This document shows positions 26,579 to 36,467 of a DNA stretch of 64,000 bases, one piece after another; the stretch's first letter is position 1; every line of letters starts with the position of its first letter. Under the pieces are notes generated by a model, which saw nothing but the letters and a program-made list of their open reading frames with translations, ran no database searches and was not told the origin of the DNA. Source of the stretch: Gemmatimonadota bacterium (lineage in GTDB: Bacteria; Gemmatimonadota; Gemmatimonadetes; Gemmatimonadales; Gemmatimonadaceae); assembly GCA_040389905.1 (NCBI GenBank), contig JAZJZK010000023.1:189250-253249 (forward strand). The letters run 5' to 3'. Position numbers and translations under genes: made by a program.

Positions 26579-27040
26579 ATGTCGCGAGGAATCCTCCTGA
26601 TCGCCTGTCTCGGTGCAACTGTCGCGGCGCGCCCCGATCGCCGCATCGTCGACCGGATCATCATTGGCGACGCACGCAGCGAGCAGGAGCATTCCTACGC
26701 CGGCGACGATGTGACCTCGGGAATCGCGAATGGTGTGGCGTTTCGCCAGGCCCGCGGATGGATACGTTACGCGCTCACCGTGTTCGATGACACCGAGGTT
26801 ACCATCGCCTGCAAATTCCTCGGCAACGCAGCGACGCCGCAGGTGTTCGATGTCATCGTCGAAAACCAGATCGTTGCCTCGCACACATTTCGTTCAGCGG
26901 AACCGGCAACACTCGAATTTCGCATTCCTCTCGCGTTCACGAGAGGACACACGAACATCATGGTGATGCTCCGCGCAACCAATGGTAGTACCACGCCAGC
27001 GTTGTACGAGCTCCGCAGCGTGCAAGACCACAACGAGTAG
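26579..27040 (+). CDS. Secreted beta-sandwich protein (DUF6805-like)
   Basis: Signal peptide; VDRIIIGDARSEQEH...FRQARGWIRY resembles the C-terminal domain of GH127-type proteins. Confidence 0.6.
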   Translation: MSRGILLIACLGATVAARPDRRIVDRIIIGDARSEQEHSYAGDDVTSGIANGVAFRQARGWIRYALTVFDDTEVTIACKFLGNAATPQVFDVIVENQIVASHTFRSAEPATLEFRIPLAFTRGHTNIMVMLRATNGSTTPALYELRSVQDHNE

Positions 27041-27073
27041 TAACATCCTTCACGGATTCCAGGATACATCACC

Positions 27074-28852
27074 ATGAAAGTTCGTTTTGCGCTTCTCGCT
27101 ACCCTGCTTGTTGTCGCCGTCAGCGGCGGCGTGACCGCCCAGACGTCCACATCGCCCACCGCCGCCGCCGTCCAGAAGAAATGGCCGCTCACGCGACCCG
27201 AATTGACGGGCTTCGCCGAGACGAGCCGGTATGAGGAGGTGGTGGCGTTCATGAAGCAGATGGCGGCCATTTCGCCGAAGATCCACCTCACGACGTACGG
27301 CTACACCTACGAAGGGCGGCCCCTTCCGCTCGCGGTCATCGGCGCGGCAGGCGCAACACCGGAACAGGTGCTCGCCACCAAAAAGACCCGCGTCTACATC
27401 CAGGGCAACATCCACGCAGGTGAAGTCGAGGGAAAGGAAGCGCTCCTCTGGCTGCTGCGTTCGATCGCCAAGGGTGAGCGGAACAACTGGCTCGACGAGA
27501 TGGTGCTGCTCATCAACCCCATCTACAACGCCGACGGAAACGAGCGCGTCAACGTCACCAACCGTGGCAGCCAGAATGGTCCGTACGGTGGGATGGGCAC
27601 ACGCGAGAATGCGCTGGGACTCGATCTGAATCGCGACGGCACGAAGATGGAAACGGCCGAAGCCCGCTCGCTCGCACGGATGATGACGCAGTACGATCCA
27701 CACGTCGCCATCGACCTCCACACGACGGATGGCAGTTCGAACAGCGGCTTCCAGATGACGTACGAGACCTCGCTCAACCCGAATGATTCCAAGGCGACGT
27801 CGAGCCTGCTGCGCGACGTCCTGCTTCCCACGATCACGAAGGCCGTGAAGGAGAAGCACGGCGAAAGCTGGTGGTACTACGGCGGCGTCTCCGGCACTGG
27901 CGACGACCGCGCGTGGCGCTCCGACGCCGAGCTGGCGAAGCCGAGATACACCTCGACGTACTTCGGTGTGCGCAACAAGCTGGGTCTCCTCACGGAGACG
28001 TATTCGTACGCGTCGTTTCAGGACCGCATCGACAACACCTACTGGTTCCTCGAGGAGACACTCGGCTTCGTCGCGAAGAATGGCGAGACCGTGCGCAAGG
28101 CGGTTGCGACGGCGGAAGCCGAGTCGGTCATCGGCAAGCAGCTGGCCGTGCGCCAGCAGTTGATCAAGGCTCCCGATCTCAAACGAATCGTCTTTGCGCC
28201 GACCACCTCAGAACGCAATCCGTACGTCGCCGACCGGCCGTATCGCGCGCGCGTCAAGGGCGGCGAGACAACCGAGATGCTACCGTTCTACGGAACGACC
28301 GAGCCGACCGAGTCGAGTCTTGCACCGCGGGCGTGGATCATTCCCAACCTGTCGTCTCCCGCGCCAGAGCAACCGGCGGCGGCACCTGGCGGCGGCGGGC
28401 GTGGCGCCGGCGGTCGCGGTGGAGCGGGCGGTGGAGGCGGCGGTTTCGGGGGACGCGGCGCAATTGGCTCGCCGGCTGCACGACTCATCGCGAGCGTATC
28501 CGATCGACTCGAGGCACACGGCATCAAGTACACGCGCACCAGCAGCGAAATGACCGTGAAGGGCGAGCAGTATCGCATCGCCACCAATACGCTGGCGGAA
28601 CGTGAATATCAGGGCACGCACAAAATGCGGACGCTTACCGGTGCGTGGGAGGCGACGACGCAGACGTTGCCCGCCGGTTCGCTCATCATTCAGATGGACC
28701 AACCGCTCGCCCGGCTCGCGTTCATCCTGTTCGATCCGCGCTCCGACGACGGCTTCATGGCCTGGAACATTCTCGACGCGGTCCTCGCCGGCACGCCGGC
28801 ACCGGCGATTTACCCGGTGCTGCGCACGATGGAGGCAGTCGCGCCGAGATGA
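27074..28852 (+). CDS. M14 family zinc carboxypeptidase
   Basis: NIHAGEVEGKE (HxxE), NADG, DLNRD, DLHTT; signal peptide; Gly/Arg-rich insert. Confidence 0.9.
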   Translation: MKVRFALLATLLVVAVSGGVTAQTSTSPTAAAVQKKWPLTRPELTGFAETSRYEEVVAFMKQMAAISPKIHLTTYGYTYEGRPLPLAVIGAAGATPEQVLATKKTRVYIQGNIHAGEVEGKEALLWLLRSIAKGERNNWLDEMVLLINPIYNADGNERVNVTNRGSQNGPYGGMGTRENALGLDLNRDGTKMETAEARSLARMMTQYDPHVAIDLHTTDGSSNSGFQMTYETSLNPNDSKATSSLLRDVLLPTITKAVKEKHGESWWYYGGVSGTGDDRAWRSDAELAKPRYTSTYFGVRNKLGLLTETYSYASFQDRIDNTYWFLEETLGFVAKNGETVRKAVATAEAESVIGKQLAVRQQLIKAPDLKRIVFAPTTSERNPYVADRPYRARVKGGETTEMLPFYGTTEPTESSLAPRAWIIPNLSSPAPEQPAAAPGGGGRGAGGRGGAGGGGGGFGGRGAIGSPAARLIASVSDRLEAHGIKYTRTSSEMTVKGEQYRIATNTLAEREYQGTHKMRTLTGAWEATTQTLPAGSLIIQMDQPLARLAFILFDPRSDDGFMAWNILDAVLAGTPAPAIYPVLRTMEAVAPR

Positions 28853-28883
28853 CCGTGCGAGCTACGGGCCGTCCCTGAAGCCG

Positions 28884-28920
28884 CGTGCGTGGGTTTTCGG
28901 ACCCACGCGCGTCTTCTTCC
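28884..28920 (+). terminator. Possible hairpin terminator after the M14 gene
   Basis: GCGTGGGT-TTTCGG-ACCCACGC stem followed by a pyrimidine tract; no clean poly-U. Confidence 0.35.
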
Positions 28921-28943
28921 GGACACTGTAGAACGGGAGAGGA

Positions 28944-29471
28944 ATGCCCCCAAAGGCGACGGAAGAGCTCGTTCGACACATCTATCGGGAGACCCTCGAC
29001 GATTTCTATGGCGTCGTGTCTCGCCGGTGCGATGGCGATCGCGACCTCGCCGAGGACGTCGTGCAGGAAACATGGCTTCGCGCATTTCGCGCGTGGCGTC
29101 ACGACGGCGTACCCGACAAGCCCATGGCATGGCTCACGACGGTCGCGTCGCGAATCCTCGCGAGCCATTTCAGACGCCAGACTGCGGACCGCCTCGACGA
29201 TGGCAGCGGCGACGCGATTCTCGCGCCTGACGCAGAAGTCGCGCGAGACTCGTTCGAGAAAAGATCGCTGGTCGAGCGTGCGATCGCGCGCCTGCCCGTT
29301 CTCCAGAAGCAACTCATCGAGGCGTTCCACTTCGATCGGCGACCCGTCGCTGACATCGCCGGCTCGGTCGGACTATCGGAGCGAGCGGTCGAGGGGCGGT
29401 TACGCCGAGCCAGACAGAACCTGCGTCGCGAGATCGAAAACGACGCGTCCACTGACGGAGACCCATCATGA
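28944..29471 (+). CDS. ECF RNA polymerase sigma-70 factor
   Basis: AEDVVQETWLRA, AWLTTVA (region 2); DIAGSVGLSERAVEGRLRRAR (region 4). Confidence 0.9.
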   Translation: MPPKATEELVRHIYRETLDDFYGVVSRRCDGDRDLAEDVVQETWLRAFRAWRHDGVPDKPMAWLTTVASRILASHFRRQTADRLDDGSGDAILAPDAEVARDSFEKRSLVERAIARLPVLQKQLIEAFHFDRRPVADIAGSVGLSERAVEGRLRRARQNLRREIENDASTDGDPS

Positions 29472-30385
29472 GCCACGACGTCGCACGTATCGAAGAGCAC
29501 CGCCCCACCGAGGCATTTCGCGATTTCCTGGATGGACAACTCAGCCGCGCGTTTCGGCAGGATCGCACGGTTCGTCGGCTGCGGTTCGCTGCGGTCGTCG
29601 TTGTATCACTTGCCCTGGGAACGACGGGTGGACTTGCGTCCGCACAGATCAAGGAGGGATCTCAGCGCGATTCCCTGCTCGAGGCAGCGCGTGCCGATGC
29701 GGCGCTGGTGTCGCTCCGACTGAAGCTGGTGCGCATGGAATTCGACGAACAGCGCCGCGCGCTCCTCGTCGGTGCCGCGTCGACGGAATCGGTAACGGGC
29801 ACGGAGGCCCGACTGCGAGAGATGGAAGGGCTCCAGGCTCGCGCAGCGTTGAACATGGAAGAAATCAAGGCGTCGGCGACAGCGCCGCGCGACGAACTCA
29901 ACGCGCCGCTTGTGAAGGGCCGTGACTACGTGACGGAACGGATTCAGCTGCGGCTGATGTCGGCGCAGCAACAGCTCGAAGGCGTGGAATCCGCCCTTCA
30001 GCAAGTGATTCGCCGCGTGAGGGCCGGCGTGGGCGACGACCTCGCGAATCTGGAAGCCGAGCAGCGCGTCGCGCAGGCACGGCGCGAGATGATCGTGCTC
30101 GCCGAGCGATTGGCGCTGCGCAAGGAATTTCTCGAGAAGGGCACGCCCGTCGATCAGCTGACGCGCCGGCTGGAACGGGCTGAACTCCGGCAGGATGTCG
30201 TCATTGGGCAGCGTGCCGTCGAACTCGCACGTGAGCGGGCGCTGCTGCTTGAAAAGCGCCGAGCCGTCGGCGTTGCCAGCGAGCTGGACGTGATGAAGGC
30301 GCAGGTGGAGGCGAAAGAACGCGAGCTCGAACTACAGCAACTGGTGCGGCGGCTCGGCGACACGAAGCGGCCGGGGCTCGAGTGA
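29468..30385 (+). CDS. Putative anti-sigma factor: single TM plus long coiled coil
   Basis: ATGA-coupled to the ECF gene; TM FAAVVVVSLALGTTGGLA; E/R/L/A heptad-rich remainder. Confidence 0.65.
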   Translation: MSHDVARIEEHRPTEAFRDFLDGQLSRAFRQDRTVRRLRFAAVVVVSLALGTTGGLASAQIKEGSQRDSLLEAARADAALVSLRLKLVRMEFDEQRRALLVGAASTESVTGTEARLREMEGLQARAALNMEEIKASATAPRDELNAPLVKGRDYVTERIQLRLMSAQQQLEGVESALQQVIRRVRAGVGDDLANLEAEQRVAQARREMIVLAERLALRKEFLEKGTPVDQLTRRLERAELRQDVVIGQRAVELARERALLLEKRRAVGVASELDVMKAQVEAKERELELQQLVRRLGDTKRPGLE

Positions 30386-30401
30386 CGATACGAGGGCGAC
30401 G

Positions 30402-31070
30402 TCAGTCGGGGAGCTGCCGGTCGGCGAGTCGCTCGCCGATTTCCTCCATCTGTCTGCGGCGAAGACGTGCCCAACCGGGGAGGCGCAGTGCCCCGATGGC
30501 AAACACGCCTGCGCCGATCACCCCGAGCTGTGCCACGGTCGAGGTACCCGCGCTTCCGCCGAGGGCGGCCGCGATTGCGGTCGCCGCAGCGAGACCAATC
30601 ATCCCGATCCCCCCCATCATCCAGGCTTGCGCGTCAGCCTTGAACGTGCGGAAGCGAACCCGCTGCCCCGTCCCGGTGGGCTCTACGAGAACTTGCAGGT
30701 TGCCGTTGGTCCACTGACGGAATGATCCTTCGTGCGTCAGACGGCCCTTGGCATCGAACGTCTCGCGAAGGTCTATGACAAGACGCTCCCACTCTTCGTC
30801 GGAGAGTTTGCGGTCGAGTTCGACCGTTCGCCCCACACCAACCGGAAGGCCGAGGAAGGTGCGCGATGTTGCCTGGGCCGGCCTGTCGAGCGCACTGGCC
30901 GCGCGTGCGAGCAATGAAGGGTCGATGCCCACCTCACGGCCGATCGCCTGCAACTCCGCCAGTGTCATCCCATCGCTCGACGCCAGCTTTCGCGGGCCGC
31001 TTCGCTGAGCCTCAGTGGCGTGTGCGAACATCGCCTCGACTTCGTCTTCGTTGAATCGTCGTTCGGTCAT
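30402..31070 (-). CDS. Hypothetical membrane protein
   Basis: RRFNEDEV..MF..A, GMTLAELQAIGREVGIDP; two C-terminal TM helices. Confidence 0.75.
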   Translation of the reverse strand: MTERRFNEDEVEAMFAHATEAQRSGPRKLASSDGMTLAELQAIGREVGIDPSLLARAASALDRPAQATSRTFLGLPVGVGRTVELDRKLSDEEWERLVIDLRETFDAKGRLTHEGSFRQWTNGNLQVLVEPTGTGQRVRFRTFKADAQAWMMGGIGMIGLAAATAIAAALGGSAGTSTVAQLGVIGAGVFAIGALRLPGWARLRRRQMEEIGERLADRQLPD

Positions 31071-31078
31071 TGGGATGC

Positions 31079-32377
31079 TCACTTCGCCTTCGTCAGGTCG
31101 CCGGGAATCCCCGGCGACGACAGCAGCGCGCCGAATGCACGCCACTGCTCATCATGGGTATTGCCACCGGCGCGGACGACCCAGTCCGTCACCATGTCGC
31201 GGCCGTAGTTGTAGTTGATCACATACGAGCGATACGTGTCGATGAAGCGCAGCGTCTTCGCTGCTGCCTCGGGCGTGGAAAGCCAATACCGCTGCATTGC
31301 CGCCTCTGCGGCCGCGCGATCGAGCTCGCCGTTGAGATAGCGGCGTGCGACTTCATTTCGCGCATAGTTCAGCTTCTCGAAGATGACGCGAACGTCGGCG
31401 TTGCGCTGTGCGAGCGACGTGTCGAGCTTCGCCAATGGAAAGAGCACGTCGCGTTCGAACGCTGTTCGCTCCGCGCCAGGAAACGCCATGTCGATGCCCG
31501 CGTTGCCGCTGCCTTCCGCGATCAGCGACTGTGGGCTGAACAGCGGATACACGGAATACTCGACCCAGCCACGATCGTGGACGAGGGTCTTCTCGATGAG
31601 CGCGTTGTACACGTGGTGGCCCGGATAGCCTTCGTGGCACGCTAGGTCCACGGCGCGTTCCACGGGGATCGGGAAGTCGAGATTCACCTGGATGAGACTC
31701 TTGTATCCGCCCTTGTACCAGTTGTACGCATTCCAGGATGTCCCCTTCACGTACTCGAGATCGAAGCGCTCTTCCGCGGGCAGCGTGATGTGCTTCTTCG
31801 TGCGCTCGCGACAGGCCGCAATCGCCGTCTTGAAGACCGTGTCGACGAGCGCCTTCGGGATCATCACCCGCGTGTGAAACGCGTCGTAGCGCTGCGCCAG
31901 TGTCCCCTTGCCCGGGAGGAGCAACTCGAGTTTCGCGAGCAGGGAATCGAAGTGTGCGTCCGCATAGTGCGGCGGTGTAGCGCCATACAGCGCGCGCGCT
32001 TCATCGTCGAACAAAAGCTTCTCACCGCCGACGATGCGCGCGCGCGCGGAGAGCGAGGACAACTGGCTCCGTAGATACCGGTGACGGTTGCGCACCATCG
32101 AATCCGCGTACGCCGGTGTGCTGTCGCCGAGCGACGCGAGGAGTGAGTCGGCGATGGCGCGGATGCGCGGCACGCTGAGCGACTCGGCCTGCGCCGCCGT
32201 CTTGAGCGAGTCAGGACCGTAGTACGCGTCGACGTAGTTGGCGTCGTGGCGGCCGAATTGAAGCGCGAGCACGACGTATCGCTTGGCGATGACGTCGAGC
32301 GCTCCCGCGTCGGGCGTCCTGGGGGCACACGCGATCGCTGTGCAGAGTGCGAACAAAAAGGCGGACCGGCGCGTCAT
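31079..32377 (-). CDS. DUF885-like zincin lipoprotein
   Basis: AIAC lipobox; LACHEGYPGHH and IAEGS. Confidence 0.75.
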   Translation of the reverse strand: MTRRSAFLFALCTAIACAPRTPDAGALDVIAKRYVVLALQFGRHDANYVDAYYGPDSLKTAAQAESLSVPRIRAIADSLLASLGDSTPAYADSMVRNRHRYLRSQLSSLSARARIVGGEKLLFDDEARALYGATPPHYADAHFDSLLAKLELLLPGKGTLAQRYDAFHTRVMIPKALVDTVFKTAIAACRERTKKHITLPAEERFDLEYVKGTSWNAYNWYKGGYKSLIQVNLDFPIPVERAVDLACHEGYPGHHVYNALIEKTLVHDRGWVEYSVYPLFSPQSLIAEGSGNAGIDMAFPGAERTAFERDVLFPLAKLDTSLAQRNADVRVIFEKLNYARNEVARRYLNGELDRAAAEAAMQRYWLSTPEAAAKTLRFIDTYRSYVINYNYGRDMVTDWVVRAGGNTHDEQWRAFGALLSSPGIPGDLTKAK

Positions 32378-32479
32378 GTGAATCGGTGTGAAGTGGACGG
32401 TGCGAGCCACCAACAAAAGATACATCTATCGCTGGATGGTGCTGCGACTTCGCTCTTCATTTTCGATCACTACGCATCC

Positions 32480-34189
32480 ATGCCGCGACTGTTTCCGGTC
32501 CTTTCATTCACCTGCGCGCTTGCCCTGTCGGGCACAGTCGCGGGAGCGCAGTCTGCGGTCATCGTGCGCGCGGCCGCGGATTCCTTTGTAGCACTCTCGC
32601 AGAGCCAGGTCTCGCGCGGGCCGTGGCCGGACCTCACGGATGCCACGCGCCAATCCGGCGCGACGCGCGTGGACTGGATTGCCGCGCAACTCGCCGCCGT
32701 CCGGCGCTCCGAGCTTTCGAATACCACGGACCAGCTTCTGTTCGACAACCTTTCCGAGGTTATCGACGCCCAAAAGGCTACGCGCGTGTGCCGGAATCAC
32801 CTCTGGACAGGAACGAGCACATTCTCAGGCTGGCACATCACTGCATCGAACTCGGCACGCACCCAGCCGGTGGGATCTGACTCGGCGAGAGCACGCGCGC
32901 TGAGAAGCTTCGCGCGGATTCCAGAGGCCATTCGCGACGAGCGGGCGCTGCTTCAACGTGGCCTCGACTCCGGCTACACTGCGTCGCAGGACGTCATTGC
33001 CGCCGTCGTTCGCCAACTGGACGACCTCCTGACGAACGACGTCGAGAAGTCACCACTCTACGAACCAGCGCGGCGAGATTCCTCCCCCGAGTTCCGGCGT
33101 CAATGGATTGCCCAACTGACCGACGTCATTTATCCGGCGGCCCGGAACTACCGCACGTTCCTCTCGATGCAATACTTACCACGCGCGCGCCCCGAAGGGT
33201 CGATGTCGCGCCAGCGCGATGGCGTCGCGTGTTATGCTGCCAGTCTGCGGGCCCAGACGTCCGTTCGAGCGGACGTCGACTCGATGATGCGTGAGGCGCG
33301 CCGCGAGTACGACGTCATTGCCGCACAGCTGACGCCCCTCGTGGCGGCGTTGACCGGCGCGCGCGAACTCGGCGACGGCATTGCCATGCTTCGGAGCGAT
33401 CCACGCTTCACGTTTTCATCGCGCGACTCGATTCTGCCGGCGTATCGGGCGATGACCGCCCTGGCAGCGAGCCGGATTGGACGCGTCGTGGCAGGCTTCG
33501 CGCCAGAATCCATCGTCGTCGCACCTTACCCCGCCTTCCAGGAGAACGCCGGCTTGCCGCCGCAGTACCAGCGAGCCTCGAACGACGGAAGCCGGCCGGC
33601 GCAGTTCATGGTGAATCTGTCGCGTACGGAGCGGATGTCTGTCGCCGACGCCGTCGCCCACGAAGCGTATCCGGGTCACCACCTGCAGCGTATCGCGGAG
33701 AACCGCGCGGAACTGGCGCATCCGGCAATGCGGTCGCTGTTCATCGGGGGTTTCATCGAGGGATGGGGGATCTACTCGGAGACTCTGGGTGACGAGATGG
33801 GACTCTACTCCACGCCACTGCTTCGGGCAGGGTATCTCGTGCACCTGCTCGATGTGACGATGGGATACTATCTCGACATTGGCTACCACGTGAAGGGATG
33901 GACGCGCAAGGATCTCGTGGACAGCATGGTCGTGCTTGGCGGGCGGCCAGTGCGGATGGCGGAGGCGTACGCTGACCGCCACGCGGCGACGCCGGGGCAG
34001 CTGGCGACGTACTACGCAGGCTATCGGGCGATTCGGGCAGGGCGTCAAGATGCTGAGGCTCGGCTCGGGTCGAGGTTTCGTATGCCCGAGTTTCATCGTG
34101 AGGTACTCAGGCACGGAACCATCACGCTGGCATCGTTGCGGAGGCAGATCGACGCGTGGATTGCCGCGGAGTTGAAGGGATCTGCATGA
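32480..34189 (+). CDS. DUF885 family protein
   Basis: AHEAYPGHHLQ, FIEGWGIYSE, DIGYH, PGQLATY, EFH..VL..G; signal peptide. Confidence 0.88.
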   Translation: MPRLFPVLSFTCALALSGTVAGAQSAVIVRAAADSFVALSQSQVSRGPWPDLTDATRQSGATRVDWIAAQLAAVRRSELSNTTDQLLFDNLSEVIDAQKATRVCRNHLWTGTSTFSGWHITASNSARTQPVGSDSARARALRSFARIPEAIRDERALLQRGLDSGYTASQDVIAAVVRQLDDLLTNDVEKSPLYEPARRDSSPEFRRQWIAQLTDVIYPAARNYRTFLSMQYLPRARPEGSMSRQRDGVACYAASLRAQTSVRADVDSMMREARREYDVIAAQLTPLVAALTGARELGDGIAMLRSDPRFTFSSRDSILPAYRAMTALAASRIGRVVAGFAPESIVVAPYPAFQENAGLPPQYQRASNDGSRPAQFMVNLSRTERMSVADAVAHEAYPGHHLQRIAENRAELAHPAMRSLFIGGFIEGWGIYSETLGDEMGLYSTPLLRAGYLVHLLDVTMGYYLDIGYHVKGWTRKDLVDSMVVLGGRPVRMAEAYADRHAATPGQLATYYAGYRAIRAGRQDAEARLGSRFRMPEFHREVLRHGTITLASLRRQIDAWIAAELKGSA

Positions 34190-34194
34190 CTGGT

Positions 34195-34259
34195 GTACCA
34201 TTTTTCAACGACTCCGACCCCATACCGTACCATTTTCAACGACTCCGACCCCGTACCAT
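34195..34259. repeat. Short direct repeat, 2 full copies plus a partial third
   Basis: GTACCA(T)4-5CAACGACTCCGACCCC at 34195-34221 and 34227-34252, then GTACCAT. Confidence 0.85.
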
Positions 34260-34367
34260 CGTTTTGTCGTCCTGAGTTCCTGTCACATCCGAGGCCGGCG
34301 GGGTCGCACCACGGGAGTGACCCGCAACGGATAACAATTGCCCTGCTCGGCGCGCTAACTTGGCAGG

Positions 34368-35336
34368 GTGACCTCGCCCCCGAGTTCCCTCGTTAGAATC
34401 GGCACCCGTTCGTCCGAGCTCGCGCTCCGCCAAGCTCGTCTCGTTCAGTCTGCGCTCGAGTCGCGCGGCGTCGCAAGCGAGCTGGTCACCTTCAAGACCG
34501 TCGGCGACAAGCGGCTCGATGTGCCCCTCACGACGATCGGTGCCAAGGGTCTCTTCACCAAGGAGCTCGAGACCGCGCTCCTCAAAAAGAAGATCGACTT
34601 TGCCGTTCATTCGCTGAAGGATCTGCCCACGGAATCACCAGAGGGTGTCGTCGTCGCCGCGGTGCTGCCGCGCGAGGATCCACGCGACGTCCTCGTGATC
34701 AACCAACGCATTCGTGGCGAGTCACTCGATGACCTTCCTCGCGGATCTCGCGTCGGGACGTCGAGCTTGCGCCGCCGGGCGCAGTTGCTGGCGACGCGGC
34801 CCGATCTCGAAGTGGCCGAGCTGCGCGGCAACGTACCAACGCGCCTCAAGAAGGTCGACGAGGGCCGCGTGCACGCCGCCATTCTCGCCGCTGCGGGTCT
34901 TCACCGGCTCGGGGCACATCAGCACATCACGTGTTATCTCGATGCACCTGCATGGCTTCCCGCGGCGGGGCAGGGCGCCATCGCGATTCAGACGCGTGCC
35001 GGCGACGACGTGGTCCGCGGGATCGCCGCATCGATGAACGATGCAGCAACAATGCACGCAGTCATGGCGGAACGTGCATTTCTGGCCGCGCTGGAAGGCG
35101 GTTGTCAGGTACCCATCGGCGCGCTTGCAATGGGAACCGCCGAGGATGCGATGTTGCACGGATTGATTTCCGACATCCAGGGCACGCGCATTGTCCGCGG
35201 CGCGATCGCGATCGACATCATGGACCCCGCGTTGAGTGGTATCCGTTTGGCCAACCAGCTCCGCGGCGACGGCGCCAGCGAAATCCTCGAGGGATTGCGG
35301 CGCGCCTCGAAGCTGCCGTCGCCGCAGCCGGAATAG
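34368..35336 (+). CDS. hemC: Hydroxymethylbilane synthase
   Basis: RIGTRSSELA, KGLFTKELE, VHSLKDLP, GTSSLRR, LRGNV.TR, LEGGCQVP. Confidence 0.96.
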   Translation: MTSPPSSLVRIGTRSSELALRQARLVQSALESRGVASELVTFKTVGDKRLDVPLTTIGAKGLFTKELETALLKKKIDFAVHSLKDLPTESPEGVVVAAVLPREDPRDVLVINQRIRGESLDDLPRGSRVGTSSLRRRAQLLATRPDLEVAELRGNVPTRLKKVDEGRVHAAILAAAGLHRLGAHQHITCYLDAPAWLPAAGQGAIAIQTRAGDDVVRGIAASMNDAATMHAVMAERAFLAALEGGCQVPIGALAMGTAEDAMLHGLISDIQGTRIVRGAIAIDIMDPALSGIRLANQLRGDGASEILEGLRRASKLPSPQPE

Positions 35337-35342
35337 TCGAGC

Positions 35343-36320
35343 ATGCCCTCGTTTCCCGACTACCGGCCACGACGGCTGCGACGGACAGCCGCCTTGCGTG
35401 CGCTCGTGCGAGAAACGCATCTCGTTCCGTCGCAGATGATCCTCCCATTGTTCGTCCGCCCGGGGGAGAGCATTCGACACGCAGTGAGCTCCATGCCCGG
35501 CGTGTACCAGACCTCCGTGGACGAGATGCTCGTCGATGCCCGCGCGGCAGCTGCGCTGGGCGTCGGTGGTGTGCTGCTCTTCGGCATTCCCGATAGCAAG
35601 GACGCCGAAGGGAGTAGCGCGTGGAACGACGACGGCCCTGTACAGAATGCGGTGCGCGCACTGAAAAAAGAGCTGCCGCAGTTGGTCGTCACCACCGACG
35701 TGTGCATGTGCGAATACACCGATCATGGCCACTGCGGCGTTCTCAGGAATGGCGACGTCGATAACGACGCCTCGCTCGAGCTGCTCGTCAGGGAATCGCT
35801 CTCGCATGCGCGCGCGGGAGCCGATGTCGTCGCGCCGAGCGACATGATGGATGGCCGCGTCGGTGTGATTCGCCGTGCGCTGGATGCCGACGGATTCTCT
35901 CAGACGGCCATTCTGAGCTACGCCGCGAAATACGCGAGCGCCTTCTACGGACCGTTCAGGGAAGCGGCCGAGAGCGCGCCGCAGTCAGGCGATCGTCGCG
36001 GATACCAGATGGATGTCGCGAACGTGAATGAGGCGATTCGCGAGGTGCTTCAGGACATCGGTGAGGGCGCCGATATCGTGATGGTCAAACCGGCAGGCCC
36101 CTGCCTGGACGTCATCGCGCGCGTGAAGGCCGAGACGGGGTATCCGCTCGCGGCCTATCAGGTGAGCGGTGAGTTTGCGATGATACACGCGGCGGCGGAG
36201 CGCGGCTGGATCGACCTCGAGCGGGCGATGATGGAGAGCCTGATCGGAATTCGGCGAGCGGGCGCTGATATGATCATCACGTATTTCGCACGGGAAGCGG
36301 CACGGCTGCTGGCGCGCTAA
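35343..36320 (+). CDS. hemB: Porphobilinogen synthase (Zn-type)
   Basis: [44 protein letters not shown]. Confidence 0.96.
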   Translation: MPSFPDYRPRRLRRTAALRALVRETHLVPSQMILPLFVRPGESIRHAVSSMPGVYQTSVDEMLVDARAAAALGVGGVLLFGIPDSKDAEGSSAWNDDGPVQNAVRALKKELPQLVVTTDVCMCEYTDHGHCGVLRNGDVDNDASLELLVRESLSHARAGADVVAPSDMMDGRVGVIRRALDADGFSQTAILSYAAKYASAFYGPFREAAESAPQSGDRRGYQMDVANVNEAIREVLQDIGEGADIVMVKPAGPCLDVIARVKAETGYPLAAYQVSGEFAMIHAAAERGWIDLERAMMESLIGIRRAGADMIITYFAREAARLLAR

Positions 36321-36329
36321 AGGGAAGGG

Positions 36330-36420
36330 TTGTCACCCCGAGCGAGCGAAGCGAGTCGAGGGGTCTGCACGTACCAACAGGCGATGAGGTGCAGATCCCT
36401 CGACTTCGCTCGGGATGACA
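36330..36420. repeat. REP-like family A doublet (inverted pair)
   Basis: 36330-36370 followed by inverted GTGCAGATCCCTCGACTTCGCTCGGGATGACA at 36389-36420. Confidence 0.88.
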
Positions 36421-36467
36421 TTCCGGCTATTCCACGCTGAGATTGCTCGAGTCCAAACACAAACCGG

